From contig CAVSHF010000003.1 of the NCBI GenBank assembly GCA_963727805.1, forward strand, positions 160,001-224,000: a DNA stretch of 64,000 nt. The letters are read 5' to 3'. Position 1 is the first letter of the stretch; the number at the start of each line of letters is the position of its first letter. The position numbers were made by a program, and so were the translations under genes. The notes below the pieces were generated by a model. The model searched no databases. It saw nothing but the letters and a program-made list of their open reading frames with translations, and was not told where the DNA came from. Shown here one piece after another: positions 1 to 11,525 of the stretch. This DNA comes from an uncultured Nitrospiraceae bacterium. GTDB lineage: Bacteria; Nitrospirota; Thermodesulfovibrionia; Thermodesulfovibrionales; Dissulfurispiraceae.

Positions 1-166
1 GTACAGTTGCTTCAGACTGTAAATGGCTCTCTTCTGTATTACTGAGATCGGCATCATTGCGACTCTGCTCAACATCAGCCTTCTTCTCATGCGTGCAAGA
101 AAGAAGGAGAAGGAGAAGGATGACACTGCACACAAAGTTTACCTGTATGAAATGTCGTTTTACCAT
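1..166 (-). CDS. Lipoprotein, N-terminal part (runs off the window edge)
   Basis: Manual translation MVKRHFIQVNFVCSVILLLLLLSCTHEKK...; signal peptide with lipobox-like LLSC; ATG overlaps the HD-GYP stop (ATGGTAA). Confidence 0.7.
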   Translation of the reverse strand, partial: MVKRHFIQVNFVCSVILLLLLLSCTHEKKADVEQSRNDADLSNTEESHLQSEATV

Positions 167-1521
167 GTTATGTGTGTCACCTGTTGTGACAATGAAGGGT
201 AGTTGTTTTCCACAAGTGATATGAAGGTATCTATGAGGTGAGGATTGAACTGTCTCCCTGATGAATCGATCAACTCCTGCAGGGCCTCTCCTCGAGAACG
301 AGCCTTCCTGTAGGGTCTTTCGGAAGTCATTGCATCATAGGCATCGGCAATCGAGATTATCGCTGCAAAAAGCGGTATCCCTTCTCCGATCAACCTGTCG
401 GGGTAACCCTGTCCGTTGAACCATTCGTGATGGTGCCTGACAGGAGCCATGTATTTGTGAAGGGAAGGTGCTCTTGAGAGAATGTCAGTTCCATAGTCTG
501 GATGCAACATTATCTCTGCGTATTCAGCGGCATTAAGCTTAGTGGTCTTTCTCAGGATGGCATCGGGGATCTTGATCTTGCCGACGTCATGGAGAAGGCA
601 GGCTATTTCCAGATCTGCAAGCTCTTCTTTATTAAGTCCTATTTCTCTTGCAAGCCACAGTGATAACTGTGCAACACGCACGGAGTGACCGTGTGTATAT
701 GGATCCCGAGCATCTATCGCCGCTGCAACTACCTTCACCATGGAGACATAAGACTCCTCAAGATCCCGTGCATATTCATTGAGCCTGTCGCGCTGTTGGC
801 TGATCAAGCCAGTCATCTCATTGAAATTTTTGGTCAGGATTCCCAATTCATCCCTCGAATAGATTCTGAGAGGCTTGTTCTGATTTCCATTCTTGAATTT
901 CTCTATCCCGGCAGAAAGCGCTTTAATCGGTCTGGTCATTGTTGATGACAACGCAATACAAGCAACAGTGCCACAGATTAAAATCATGCCGAACACAGCC
1001 AATATTCTGTTCCGGGCGGCTATCTGTGCAGTATCGAGCGAGGATCTGTTTATGCCCAGTACTACTAGGCCAAGTTGATGATTCATAAAATATATTGGGC
1101 AGGTCACCTCGAACAAAACCCCGGACGAGCCTTTCACCTCCCTGATTAACAATCCCTGGTCAATCGCCTTGATTATCTTACCTTCTGACTGCTCGATCTT
1201 TTTCCCTCCCATGTTAATATCACTGTGCACCACCGCCCTCATATTTGGGTCAAGAATCATTATATATTCAACATCACTGTTAGTACTCTTTGATTTATAA
1301 ACGATATTATCAAGTCCCAACAGATCATTGGACATAAGGCTGTATGCTCCGACAGCCGCAATGTTCCTGCTCAGCGACGAAGCTCGTTTCGTAATCTCAT
1401 CCAGCATGGATTCTTGCATGATTTCAACAGTTGCAACATAAGAAGCTGCCGTTGTCAACCCCAGAAGCGTAAGTACAAGAACACATACTTTCGATCGCAG
1501 AGATGTGAAGGACAATTTCAT
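160..1521 (-). CDS. Membrane-anchored HAMP + HD-GYP c-di-GMP phosphodiesterase
   Basis: Two TM segments, HAMP (TRPIKAL...DELGILTKNFNEM), YTHGHSVRV, LHDVGK, HHHE, GQGYP; probable start at MKLSF (1521) rather than 1689. Confidence 0.9.
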   Translation of the reverse strand: MKLSFTSLRSKVCVLVLTLLGLTTAASYVATVEIMQESMLDEITKRASSLSRNIAAVGAYSLMSNDLLGLDNIVYKSKSTNSDVEYIMILDPNMRAVVHSDINMGGKKIEQSEGKIIKAIDQGLLIREVKGSSGVLFEVTCPIYFMNHQLGLVVLGINRSSLDTAQIAARNRILAVFGMILICGTVACIALSSTMTRPIKALSAGIEKFKNGNQNKPLRIYSRDELGILTKNFNEMTGLISQQRDRLNEYARDLEESYVSMVKVVAAAIDARDPYTHGHSVRVAQLSLWLAREIGLNKEELADLEIACLLHDVGKIKIPDAILRKTTKLNAAEYAEIMLHPDYGTDILSRAPSLHKYMAPVRHHHEWFNGQGYPDRLIGEGIPLFAAIISIADAYDAMTSERPYRKARSRGEALQELIDSSGRQFNPHLIDTFISLVENNYPSLSQQVTHITW

Positions 1522-1681
1522 GCTGAAGTGCATTCTCTCTATATGTGCCCGCAGTAACAGAAGGCGTGGCAAAGTAATTGTCTTCAGGAATTTTAGGGCT
1601 ACAGTATTTGAGGCCATGTCGTTACCTAATCTCTTAAATATGCTTTCGTCAATCCATTTATTGCTATGAATCAGCCAAAGG

Positions 1682-1999
1682 CTACTCATCCTGTCCTAAG
1701 GAAGTTTTTATAAACTCGATACCTATTGAGTTATCTTTATCGTTTCGCCAGACGATTTTCCCGGAAGCTGAGGGATCAACCACATGAATTATTGATCCGA
1801 CTCCCAGTTTGATTTTGCACGATAATTTCATTCCTGATTCTGATGCATCAATTATTACAGCACCGAATTTGCGTTTGCAAAAGACAAACTCCATTGCTGC
1901 ACAAGCATGGATGGGAGCCTCCTTGCGCCTGCCCATGAATGCAACGATACTTGTCCTTGTTTTCCGAGTATGATAAGCGCTAAAGGAATTTTGAAACAT
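1682..1999 (-). CDS. PilZ-domain protein with degenerate RxxxR motif
   Basis: DASESG (DxSxxG), GKIVW...IGIEF; RRKEA in place of RxxxR. Confidence 0.75.
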   Translation of the reverse strand: MFQNSFSAYHTRKTRTSIVAFMGRRKEAPIHACAAMEFVFCKRKFGAVIIDASESGMKLSCKIKLGVGSIIHVVDPSASGKIVWRNDKDNSIGIEFIKTSLGQDE

Positions 2000-2970
2000 G
2001 ATGCCTCTCTGTTTTTTATAAACTTTTATTCCTTAACTGCAGAGAATGATTACTGAGCCATAAATGCGATCAGCAGAAGAGATAAAAAATTCATCTTAAT
2101 CGCAAATCTATGACGTCTCTATACTTAAATTATAGTTGAACTTGATCTCATAATTATGGCTCCCACAGCGTAAAAACAGGAATTTACTGCTTTGGTGATA
2201 ATGATCACAAAAAGTGTGGATGGCATTAAATTACGTTTTAGCGATTAATTTTGGAGATTATCATTTCTGCGGTAATCGCGGGAAGAAGGATTTTCAGGTT
2301 GTGATCCACAGAAGGTGAACGGAGATGATTTTGAGGACGCAGGTGTTATCATCTTCAATCAATGAAAATGCTGTTTCGCTCTTTCCTGCTCAGCAGTCGA
2401 TGCAGGTTTCTTCCGGAATTTCACGCAGGAGCAAAGGAAGTCCTAAAAACATTCGACGGAAGGCCGAATGCCCGATTTCGGGGAGATTCGTAAAGTTACG
2501 GAACAAAATCTTTAATAATGAAGAAATGAGGCCGGTGTCATGTACTGTGAGGATCTGATACTGCGATGAACACCTCCTTCAATTGCAGGAGTGAGGATTT
2601 CAAAGGAAATCTGTCGGTAGCAGATAAGTCTGCGAGATGTGTTGTCTTTCTTGACATCCCGATTCAGACTGGATCCCTCGCCGATATAATTGGACCCATC
2701 TTAAATAGCCAGATTTTGGCTTTGTAGGATGAATGACACCAGTCTATACGCTGTGCGGCATACGTTCTACGAATTTCGGATCATCGCGGCCACTGATTTC
2801 GGAATGATCGCGATCATTTTTTATTTAAGCAATTCCCTCAGGTGGAGGTGTGGCTTTAAATGCGACGGTGGCCGGGATGGAAATCTATCTTTGCCGTGCA
2901 GCGCTTGTTATAAGATAGCAATAGTCCACGTCACTAAATAGTGGATGCCTATGTTGCCCTCAATCAGATA

Positions 2971-3942
2971 TTACGGGTTCCAAAGATACATGAACTGAAC
3001 ACCCGAAAAAAGCAGCAGTCCATCGGCATTTATCGAAATCAGATTTACGGTTGAGCCGGGCGACTCAGCCTGATATCCGGAATAGATATTAGACTTGTAT
3101 GTCTTGGGTCTGATATAGGTGGCAATTCTGGCCTGCTCGATATGCAAAGAAATTTTCATGGCATCGACCGCTTCGTCCAGATAAGCTACCTGATCGATAA
3201 GATTTGCCTGAAGAGCATCCTGTGCCGTAAGTATGCGTCCATCAGCCAATATCTTTATCTGAGGCATGGTGAGATACCTCTGCCTGTTTGAATGGACCAC
3301 GTCCACGAATTGGGCATAGAACTGGTCAATTATATCCTGTAGCATCTTCTGCTCTTCTGGCGTGCTCGCGCGGAAAGGAGACCAGAAATCTTTTTTTGGG
3401 GCCGATTTGTATGTCTCCTCCGATACTCCTATCTTTGATAGAAGGTCCCCTACGTTAGTCTTCATTGCCACAACGCCTATACTTCCGATGACGGAAGAAC
3501 GGCTTGCAATAATCCGGTCGGCAGAGGCCGCTACGTAAAAGGCTCCCGACGCACCGACCTCCATTACATAAGCATAAACAGGCACCCTTTTTTTCTGCCT
3601 GAAGCTCATGACCTCATGGTAGATGGCGTCGCTGGCGGCAACAGTCCCTCCCGGAGAATTAATCCTGATTATCACGCCTACTACATCTGGGTCCTCAACG
3701 GCCTTGTGCAACGCTTCTCTGAAAAAGGCGACCTTCGACGACCTCTTTAGAATAAGACCTTCTTTCTCCTCCTTGAAGGAGATTATGCCATCGAGATCGA
3801 TCAGCAGTATTTTGGGATTGCCCGTGCCTTCGAGAATCTGCTCTTCAAGCGGCTTCGCCTCGGGCAGGAGGGATACATTCAAGCCGGTGCAGCCCGAAAG
3901 GATCAGTATCGCGAGGATAAACAAAAGCATGATTTTATTCAT
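2971..3942 (-). CDS. sppA: Signal peptide peptidase SppA (S49), lipoprotein
   Basis: IRINSPGG, GASGAFYVA, GSIGV, DGRILTA; lipobox LSGC; GGAGG before ATG 3942. Confidence 0.92.
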   Translation of the reverse strand: MNKIMLLFILAILILSGCTGLNVSLLPEAKPLEEQILEGTGNPKILLIDLDGIISFKEEKEGLILKRSSKVAFFREALHKAVEDPDVVGVIIRINSPGGTVAASDAIYHEVMSFRQKKRVPVYAYVMEVGASGAFYVAASADRIIASRSSVIGSIGVVAMKTNVGDLLSKIGVSEETYKSAPKKDFWSPFRASTPEEQKMLQDIIDQFYAQFVDVVHSNRQRYLTMPQIKILADGRILTAQDALQANLIDQVAYLDEAVDAMKISLHIEQARIATYIRPKTYKSNIYSGYQAESPGSTVNLISINADGLLLFSGVQFMYLWNP

Positions 3943-4042
3943 ATCGACCTCCTGGCAGCGATGCATACTATGCCTCTGCTCAAATTATATCAACGAAAGG
4001 CATTATTCACGATTCAGTAAAGTGGGGCTTGCTCCTATAGTA

Positions 4043-4290
4043 AGAATGCGCAGGTCATATGCGAGCATTAACTTTATGACCGCGCATGACGGATGAGTTG
4101 GAATTGCAGCGCTGAGGGCCAACAGACAACCCTAAACTCATCAAACTACGCGAACGCCAGAAGCGCAATTTTATTGCGAACCTCTTTATCTCTCAGTGGG
4201 TGGCCATGCTGCTGCGGGAGATGAGTCGGAACGGTCCCAGCAAGGCAACAACACATATTGCTAGGATAAGGAAATATTGTTGAGCTGGCT
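4043..4290 (+). pseudogene. glgX: Glycogen debranching enzyme (GlgX) remnant
   Basis: Across frames: RRSYASINFMTAHDG / SWNCSAEG / TDNPKLIKLRERQKRNFIANLFISQWVAMLL / AGDESERSQQGNNTYC*DKEI..SW, matching conserved GlgX blocks with frameshifts, a stop and an internal deletion. Confidence 0.85.
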
Positions 4291-4533
4291 CATGAGGGAA
4301 ATATAAGTCAGTGCTATATTCAGTTTATTAGCCTTGCCCCTCCCGTGCAATTAATAAACTTCGCATTCCTGATGCTAGGTATAGGTGGAGATACTTATTA
4401 TGCACTTCTCATGCTTATCCAAAAAACATTCTGGGCGATCTATCAGCAGTCTACAATGCTTATGTATGCGCAGACGTAGCCAACTTGAGACTAAGAATTC
4501 ATAATAATTTCAAGTAAAATGTATAAAACAGTA

Positions 4534-4743
4534 CTATTCTTTCACCGGCAAAACGTGAATTGCCTTGATGATAAGCTGCACCTGATCGCCTTTTTTCATC
4601 TTCAGGGCTTCAAGCGATTCTGTTGTGAGTACTGATGCCATTTCGGCGGGTATTGTCACATCAAACTTCACCAGGGACATGATATCGCCCTTCTTGACCG
4701 ACTTAACCTTTGCCGATAGGGTATTCCTTGCTCCGTACTTCAT
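4534..4743 (-). CDS. mop: Molbindin/Mop (TOBE-domain) molybdate-binding protein
   Basis: MKYGARN...ASVLT..S...L.MKKGD.V..IIKA; GGAGG before ATG 4743. Confidence 0.9.
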   Translation of the reverse strand: MKYGARNTLSAKVKSVKKGDIMSLVKFDVTIPAEMASVLTTESLEALKMKKGDQVQLIIKAIHVLPVKE

Positions 4744-4907
4744 AGCAACCTCCTTGTGAAGAGTATCATGCATATTAGCATATTGGTCCATGTCTGAGTA
4801 AAATCTAATGGATCGGATAAAGAAATCGCTGAAAGCGTGATCATAGTATTATTAAGATAAACGAATGTAATTTATTTTATAAACATTATTCAATAATTCA
4901 TTATTGT

Positions 4908-7055
4908 CTAAGGGAAAGAAAGCAGCAAATCAATCGCTTCACTGTCAGATTCCAGGGTTACGTAACCGTTCTTTGTCGTGGATCGCACTTCACAGGGAAC
5001 TGCTTTGAAACTTGGATATCCTGATATTGGATCCTTTAATTCCGGCGGGATGATTGAATTGACATGAGCCGCAGGCCATGCGCCGACCTGGTGGCTTCCC
5101 CCGCCACCCGACGGCGCATGAACTGTGCCTTCGCAGATATCAGAAGTTAATTTGGCCGTTAGCGATATACTGCCGTATTCCGTCATGAGTATTACAACAT
5201 CTCCGCACTCAATCCCTCTTTTTGTGGCATCAGAAGTGTTTATTTCGAGAACCAGATCGTTCTCTTCTGCAAGTTCCGGGCGGTCCAGATATTGTGAATT
5301 GAACCTCGATTTCGCGCGCGCGCCAGTAGTCAGCATTAATTGCATGCCATCGCAATCGTCACACTGATAGGGATGAACATACACCGGCAAAGGATCGTAA
5401 CCGTATCGCTTCAGCAAAGTAGATTCAAATTCGAATTTGCCCGATGGTGTCGGAAACCCTGGCTTGCCATCTGTTCGAAGGTTCCCAGATTTGTGTTTTC
5501 CGAACCTACTTTGAGGAAGACGCAAATCGACGGCGTGGTTTTCATATAATCTCTTCAAATACTCGGAATTCACACCGAAGGCCTTTCCCCTGCATTCCCT
5601 TCCGGACTTCGGGAACATATCGCCGTAACCGAGCCTGTCGGCAATATCAGCCAGAATTGCGGAATCACTCCTCGCCTCACCGACTGGATTTATTACTTTG
5701 TGGCGGAGACGGACATGTTTCCGATATGTCTGATATGAATTAATCTCATAATATGTTGCGGCCGGCAGGATGACGTCGGCCCATTTCGATTCAGCAGTCA
5801 TGAATCTGTCAATAACTACCATGAAGTCGAGCTTTTCGTACACACGCTGCCATGTGTCCGGATCTGTATGAGAGAGAAACGGTGAGCCTCCAATCAGGAG
5901 GAAACTACGCACTGGGTATGGATCATCATAAAGTACTGCAGCAGCCAAACCTGAAATATGTGCCTTACCTGTCAGGGCATAAAAGAGAGGATGGTCACTT
6001 GCTCCGAGAGCTGGGCTTTCAGCGTCTACTATATTTTCACGAATAGTATGATGAGGATATTCATTTATGGAAAGGCCTCCTTCCGAATCTATGCTTCCAA
6101 GAAGCGCCATTAGTGAGTAAATCGCCCGACCTGTCTGAGTGCCGCTCGGCGCGTATTCAATGCCGCTATAAAAATCTACCGTGACACGGGCAGACCTAAC
6201 GATCATGGTTGCAAGTTCGGTGATGACAGCTGCGTCGATGCCGCATATGGCACCGGCTACCTCCGGACTGAAGGTTGCTGCATATTCCCGAAGCGGTTCA
6301 AATCCGCTTGTCCACTGGGACACGAACTCTTTATCGTACCAATTCCCGGTGATGATAAAATTTATCAGTGCCAGCGTGAGTGCGCCATCAGTACCCGGAC
6401 GTACGGGAATCCATAGATCCGCATTTTTAGCCAAACTGTTGCGTCTCGGATCGATTACAACAAGACGGGCACCACGCGCCATCGCTGACTTAATACGTCG
6501 TTTCTTATCGGGAAGCCCGTCTTTAAGCGGGTTGGTTCCCCAGATAATAATAACATCGGCATTGTCGATATCTGGGCTGATATGAGACCCATGAATACCC
6601 AAAGTTGTGACCGGTGCGAGTATGCGGGATGAGACATAACATAACGACCCACAATCCATATCGTTAGGGGAGCCGAATGGGGCAAGCATCTTTCCGTAAA
6701 AGTCAGTCACAGAATCTTCCAGTGTTCCGGCGCCCATATAACTTGCTACAGCCCTGGCTCCATGAATATCTTTGATGTTTATTAGATTTTTGGCTATTTT
6801 GTGGAGGGCCTCATCCCACGTTGCCCGTCTGAATGCTGCGGTGCCTTTAGGTCCGGTGCGAATCAGGGGTGTCTTTATGCGGTCGGGAGAATAGATTATC
6901 TGCGGAGCAAGCATACCTCGCTTGCAGAGATTGCCGTATGAAGGGTTGGCATCCGGCTTGACCGATATGAGCTTCCCGTCTGAAACTGAAACACAGACCC
7001 AGCACCCTTCGGGGCACAGTCCGCAGATCGCTGGCCATTGCCGAATTTCCTTCAT
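4908..7055 (-). CDS. Cytoplasmic bis-MGD molybdopterin oxidoreductase (DMSO reductase superfamily)
   Basis: N-terminal CGLCPEGC...CKRG Fe4S4 motif, DRIKTPL, WGTNP, VVIDPRR, ADVILPA, C-terminal molybdopterin-binding domain; no Tat motif. Confidence 0.9.
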   Translation of the reverse strand: MKEIRQWPAICGLCPEGCWVCVSVSDGKLISVKPDANPSYGNLCKRGMLAPQIIYSPDRIKTPLIRTGPKGTAAFRRATWDEALHKIAKNLINIKDIHGARAVASYMGAGTLEDSVTDFYGKMLAPFGSPNDMDCGSLCYVSSRILAPVTTLGIHGSHISPDIDNADVIIIWGTNPLKDGLPDKKRRIKSAMARGARLVVIDPRRNSLAKNADLWIPVRPGTDGALTLALINFIITGNWYDKEFVSQWTSGFEPLREYAATFSPEVAGAICGIDAAVITELATMIVRSARVTVDFYSGIEYAPSGTQTGRAIYSLMALLGSIDSEGGLSINEYPHHTIRENIVDAESPALGASDHPLFYALTGKAHISGLAAAVLYDDPYPVRSFLLIGGSPFLSHTDPDTWQRVYEKLDFMVVIDRFMTAESKWADVILPAATYYEINSYQTYRKHVRLRHKVINPVGEARSDSAILADIADRLGYGDMFPKSGRECRGKAFGVNSEYLKRLYENHAVDLRLPQSRFGKHKSGNLRTDGKPGFPTPSGKFEFESTLLKRYGYDPLPVYVHPYQCDDCDGMQLMLTTGARAKSRFNSQYLDRPELAEENDLVLEINTSDATKRGIECGDVVILMTEYGSISLTAKLTSDICEGTVHAPSGGGGSHQVGAWPAAHVNSIIPPELKDPISGYPSFKAVPCEVRSTTKNGYVTLESDSEAIDLLLSFP

Positions 7056-7343
7056 AAGTCCACAACAGCCAAGCTGATTGATACTGTGTCAGGTATAACT
7101 GGACGGAAAAGAACTGTCATGGATAATGTCTCAGGATCGAAATGTCTGCTTTGCAATGCGCACATAGACCTAACTTTAAGATACATTGCTACTATATATC
7201 AAATAGTATTTGTCTATATAATTACGGCGATTAATAGGATATTAGATAGTGAAATTTGCTAATGATATGACGAAAATGACGCGCACTTCACATGGTTATC
7301 CAAAAAATGATCCTGTGCGAATTAAAGTGAAGTGAATGGGCGG

Positions 7344-7928
7344 TTACTTCGGCACGCTCTTTTGGGAGAGCTTCCCTCCCGTCCGCAGGTCTTTTCCGTA
7401 CAGCATAATATAATGGACATTGGGCCCGGTCAGACCGTCGGAGGAATTGATGTAAATCTTCTCTAAAACGGCAGGCCGGCCATTGATGGTGACCTCAGCA
7501 CGGATGGCATTCCCCGCTTTTCTTACGATGATGTGCTCCTTAGGAGCGGCCATCAAGGTCATTTTATAACCGTTTACTGACAGGTCAGGCTTAATGTCAA
7601 AGCCGTAGCCCTTCTCTTTCTCCATCCAGTTGAGTGCCTCTCTGCGACCATCTTCAGCGAGCATGATCCAGTAAGCGCTCACCGGTTCCTTGGGGTCCAG
7701 CTTGCCATCGGAGGTGAGCCGGGCGTCGTAATGCACGACGTTGGCATTCTTGCTATGTTCGATAGTGAACAGTGACTGAGTTTTATCCCGGGCCTCGGTC
7801 TGTGCAGTAGCCTTCTTAGAGGCCTCAGCGGAAGCTGGTTTCCTTTCCTCGGGCGTTGCCCAGCTAACAAAGGAAAATGAGACGATCAGCAATGCGGGAA
7901 CGACTAACCAACCTATTGTTTTTTTCAT
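7344..7928 (-). CDS. Exported DUF4833-like protein
   Basis: Signal peptide; LFTIEHSKNANVVHYD...PVSAYWIM...LNWME..GYG pattern; GGAGG RBS. Confidence 0.75.
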   Translation of the reverse strand: MKKTIGWLVVPALLIVSFSFVSWATPEERKPASAEASKKATAQTEARDKTQSLFTIEHSKNANVVHYDARLTSDGKLDPKEPVSAYWIMLAEDGRREALNWMEKEKGYGFDIKPDLSVNGYKMTLMAAPKEHIIVRKAGNAIRAEVTINGRPAVLEKIYINSSDGLTGPNVHYIMLYGKDLRTGGKLSQKSVPK

Positions 7929-8418
7929 GGGACCTCCTTCCTGGATGAGGGTTTAACCACAAACCACTTTGTCGAGGTGATCTTTATTGTTCTCCTGTTG
8001 GACTGCACACTGCTGCAAATGGTTGTGGATGACTCAGCCTTTGAAATAACGGTGGCGATAGCCAGATTGATCCCGGCGTATACCTGGCAACTAAGCAGAG
8101 TCCGTTTCGATAGGCTTATGCCAAAAAAACGTTTTGTCATAGCGCCGAATGAATAGGCATGTCTGTTCAGTCGGGCGAACCTTTTAAGGAGCTTGTTACC
8201 AAAGTCATGCCCCTGAGTTAATGGGAAGTGTATCACATTTGCGTAAGTATAATTCTATTTTACAATACTTCAAAAGGCGCTGGGATAGTAAGGGGAGTGG
8301 TGATTTGCAATGAAACCAAACATTCCCAAGAAGACACAATGGCCCGCTGCCAATTCTTATGCAGAGTATAAATGAAATTCGTTAATTTATTCCCTTTATC
8401 CTTCTGTGCGGTGTTTAT

Positions 8419-9845
8419 CTTAAGGTTCTTCTTGAGAATGATGAGATAAGGGAAAGCCTCTCCAACCGATTTCGGTTCATCATGGTTGACGAATACCAGG
8501 ATACAAATTCAATTCAGGGTGACATCGCATATCAACTGGCCCGGAATCACGGCAATATTGTGGTGGTCGGTGACGATGCCCAGAGTATATACGGCTTTAG
8601 AGGGGCTACTCATCAAAACATCATGGCGTTTCCCGATAAGTTCGAGGGGTGTCGGATAATCAAGCTCGAAGAAAACTATCGCAGCGCCCAGACTATCCTC
8701 GATGTCGCCAATACCGTACTTGAAAACATGAAACACAAGTACTCAAAATGCCTCGTATCCATCAGGAAGAAACAGGGGCATAAACCACAGCTTCTCTTCC
8801 TCCGCGATTCCCATGAAGAGGCCGAATGGGTCGCCGACAGAATAAAGAAACAGATGGACCAAGGGATTTCCCTCGGTCATCAGTGCATCCTTTTCAGGTC
8901 GATGTACCTCTCGATTGCGGTCCAGTCTGAGCTGAGCGAGAGAAACATTCCTTACGAAACCTATGGAGGGCTCAAGTTTTACGAAACTGCTCATGTCAAA
9001 GACCTGATGGCCCACCTCAAAGTGATATCAAACCCCAAGGATGAACTATCATGGAATAGGGCGCTGATACTTATCGAAAGAATAGGGGCCAAGACGGCTG
9101 ACTCTCTTACCGATGAAATAGTCAAGTATGCGTCTCTTCCGGAAATAATAGGGCATGTCCTCTCAAAGCATGTCAGGAAGCAGAGCCACGGAGAAGGGCT
9201 ATCAAAACTGAGGGCAGCACTGGACATTATAGATTAGGAGAAAGAGGATGTTGGCGACAAATTCGAAGTCATTATGGATTACTACAGACCGATATTGAAG
9301 GACAGATTCGACGACTGGCACTTGGGGCTAAACGACCTTGAGGCATTAAGGCAGATAGCAGCTAGATACAATTCGTTGGAAGAATTGCTTGAGGATTTCG
9401 GCATAGAACCTCCGGAGAGAGGGGTCTGGCGGATCGAACCTGAGACAAAAGAAGAGGGGATGCCTCTCGTGCTCTCTACGATCCACTCTGCAAAGGGTCT
9501 CGAATGGGACTGCGTATTCCTGATGGGGCTCATTGACCGCGTTCTTCCAGGACTTTTTCCCTTGACGACGAGGAATCGATTGAGGAGGAGCAGCGACTGT
9601 TCTATGTCGCTATAACCAGAGCAAAGAACAGGCTCTTTCTGACCTTGCATCATGAAGGGAAAAGGGGGGAATTACCCAGTTCAATAAGATGTCGCGGTTC
9701 GTCGACACTCCAGGACTTTTGTCGCTGCTTGAAACAAAGAATGCCTCAAATACAAAGTCTCGCGAGAAGCGGAGGTAAGTGTCGTGATGGCAAAAATCTA
9801 CGACAAAAAAACCTTCTGCACAAGATCATGGATAATTACAAATGA
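8419..9845 (+). pseudogene. UvrD/PcrA-family helicase, 5'-truncated and disrupted
   Basis: MVDEYQD, VVGDDAQSIYGFRGA, LEENYRS, STIHSAKGLEWD, EEEQRLFYVAITRAK; no Walker A; in-frame TAG at 9235, frameshift near 9555 and more downstream. Confidence 0.9.
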
Positions 9846-9947
9846 TGAACATTAAGGCAAGTCTCTTTCGTAGACTTTTGACATACTCCCCGCCCTAAAG
9901 AGACGGGGATTCTGGGTATCGACAGCCACAGCCTGCCGAAGCAGGTC

Positions 9948-11098
9948 TTACGCAGCCTCCTCCCTGAGGCGATGTCCCGCCTCATACTTCCCTGCCGCAA
10001 AGAGTCGCAACCCTTCACGGTGAATATTTACTGATGCATTGGCATCACGGTCATGCTGAATCCCGCATGAAGGACATATCCATTGCCGATCCTTTAACCC
10101 CAGCCCTTCATGAATGTGTCCGCAGTGTGAGTAGATCTTGGAGCTCGGGTAGTACCTGCCTACCTCCACTATGGCACATCCGTACTTCAGGCCCTGCCAC
10201 TTGAGTATCGTGACGAAATCACCCCAGGCAAGGTCTGAGACCTTGCGTCCCCACAGGGCCTTCATCCCCTGCAGACTCAAATCCTCGATACAGAGCACAT
10301 CGTAAGTCTTGGCAAGCTTGGCAGCAGTCTGGACTGCCAATCCCTCCGCATGCTTGCAATTCTGCGGTACAGCCTGGCTAGAGCAAGTCTCGCTCGTCTC
10401 CGACCGTTACTGCCTTTCTTTTTCCTGCTGACATTGCCACAGGACTTCCTGAGTTGTTTGATCTGCTTCATTAGCGGGTGGGGAGCTGAGATCGTAGTCT
10501 TGTCTGAAAGGGTCACAAACGTTGTAAGCCCAAAGTCCAGACCTGCGGTGTTACCCGTCACAGTCTGCCTGGCAACGATTGCTTCGTTCAGAACTGAAAA
10601 TACTATCCAGTAATCCCCAACTGCGTCACGGACGATTGAGACAGTCTTAATCTGGCCTTCCATCGGACGTGAGTTGTGGAATTTGTACGAACAGCGCCCT
10701 ATCTGAATATGGTTGTCATCGAGCAGCTTCCATCCAGCTTGTTTGAGGGTGAAGGATTTGTACTTGACCCTCTTTTTGAACTTGGGCGGAGCGACTCTGC
10801 GGCCAATACGAGTCTTGCACCATGAGAAAAATCGCTGGTAACTCCTGTCGATTCTCTCGATCACGTCCTGCACTGACTGGGAACCAAGCAATTGCCACTC
10901 TGGTCTTACATGCTTTCTCATCAACGCAATCCGATGCTTCAGACGTGACGCAGACAGGTGTTTGCCGAACATCCGGAAGTCCCGACGGTGCAGGGCTATG
11001 CAGTGATTCCATATCTGGCAGGCAACGATGCGTTGCCGGTCCAGACGCTTGTTTCTGTCAGCTGCGTAGAGCTTGTATCTGTAGGCTTGACGCATCAT
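9948..11098 (-). pseudogene. tnpB: TnpB RNA-guided nuclease, frameshifted
   Basis: AYRYKLY, RuvC GLDFG / IEDL / DRDANA, zinc finger WICPSCG; 1-nt frameshift near 10333 splits it into two ORFs; first zinc-finger Cys is Tyr (SSKIYSHCG). Confidence 0.9.
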
Positions 11099-11123
11099 TA
11101 CCTCCTATAGTATCATTTGGTCT

Positions 11124-11525
11124 GTGAATAATTCAACAGACTTGAGACATGGTAGACACTGTGTATTCCATATGCACGTACACTTGGTCTTTGTTGCCAA
11201 ATACCGCCGTAAGGTATTTACTCCAGCGGTTATTGCTACCCTGCAAACAGTCTTCGCAAAAATATGCGAAGACTTTGAAGCAGCACTGGTTGAATGTGAT
11301 GGAGACTACGACCATGTGCACTTGCTGATCAATTACCCTCCCAAGACCTCCGTATCTAGGTTGGTTAACAGTCTCAAGGGGGCATCCTCACGCAGACTAA
11401 AAACCAAACACCCCGGACTGAAGAGATTCTACTGGAAGGGGACTCTTTGGTCTCCCAGCTACTTCGCCGCCAGCTGCGGCGGAGCACCAATCTCTATTAT
11501 CCGGCAATACATCGAAAATCAATAA
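11124..11525 (+). CDS. tnpA: IS200/IS605 Y1 (HUH) transposase TnpA
   Basis: RHCVFHMHVHLVFVAKYRR, DHVHLL (HUH), LWSPSYF, QYIENQ with catalytic Tyr. Confidence 0.95.
   Translation: MNNSTDLRHGRHCVFHMHVHLVFVAKYRRKVFTPAVIATLQTVFAKICEDFEAALVECDGDYDHVHLLINYPPKTSVSRLVNSLKGASSRRLKTKHPGLKRFYWKGTLWSPSYFAASCGGAPISIIRQYIENQ

Noticed and set aside
2000..2970. ORFs 2325-2558 and 2729-2941
   Set aside because: No recognisable motifs or convincing RBS; may be eroded DNA that I cannot assign
7190..7225. ModE box upstream of the molybdoenzyme
   Set aside because: The TATATA halves are 16 nt apart, not the short canonical spacing; kept only as an unassigned palindrome
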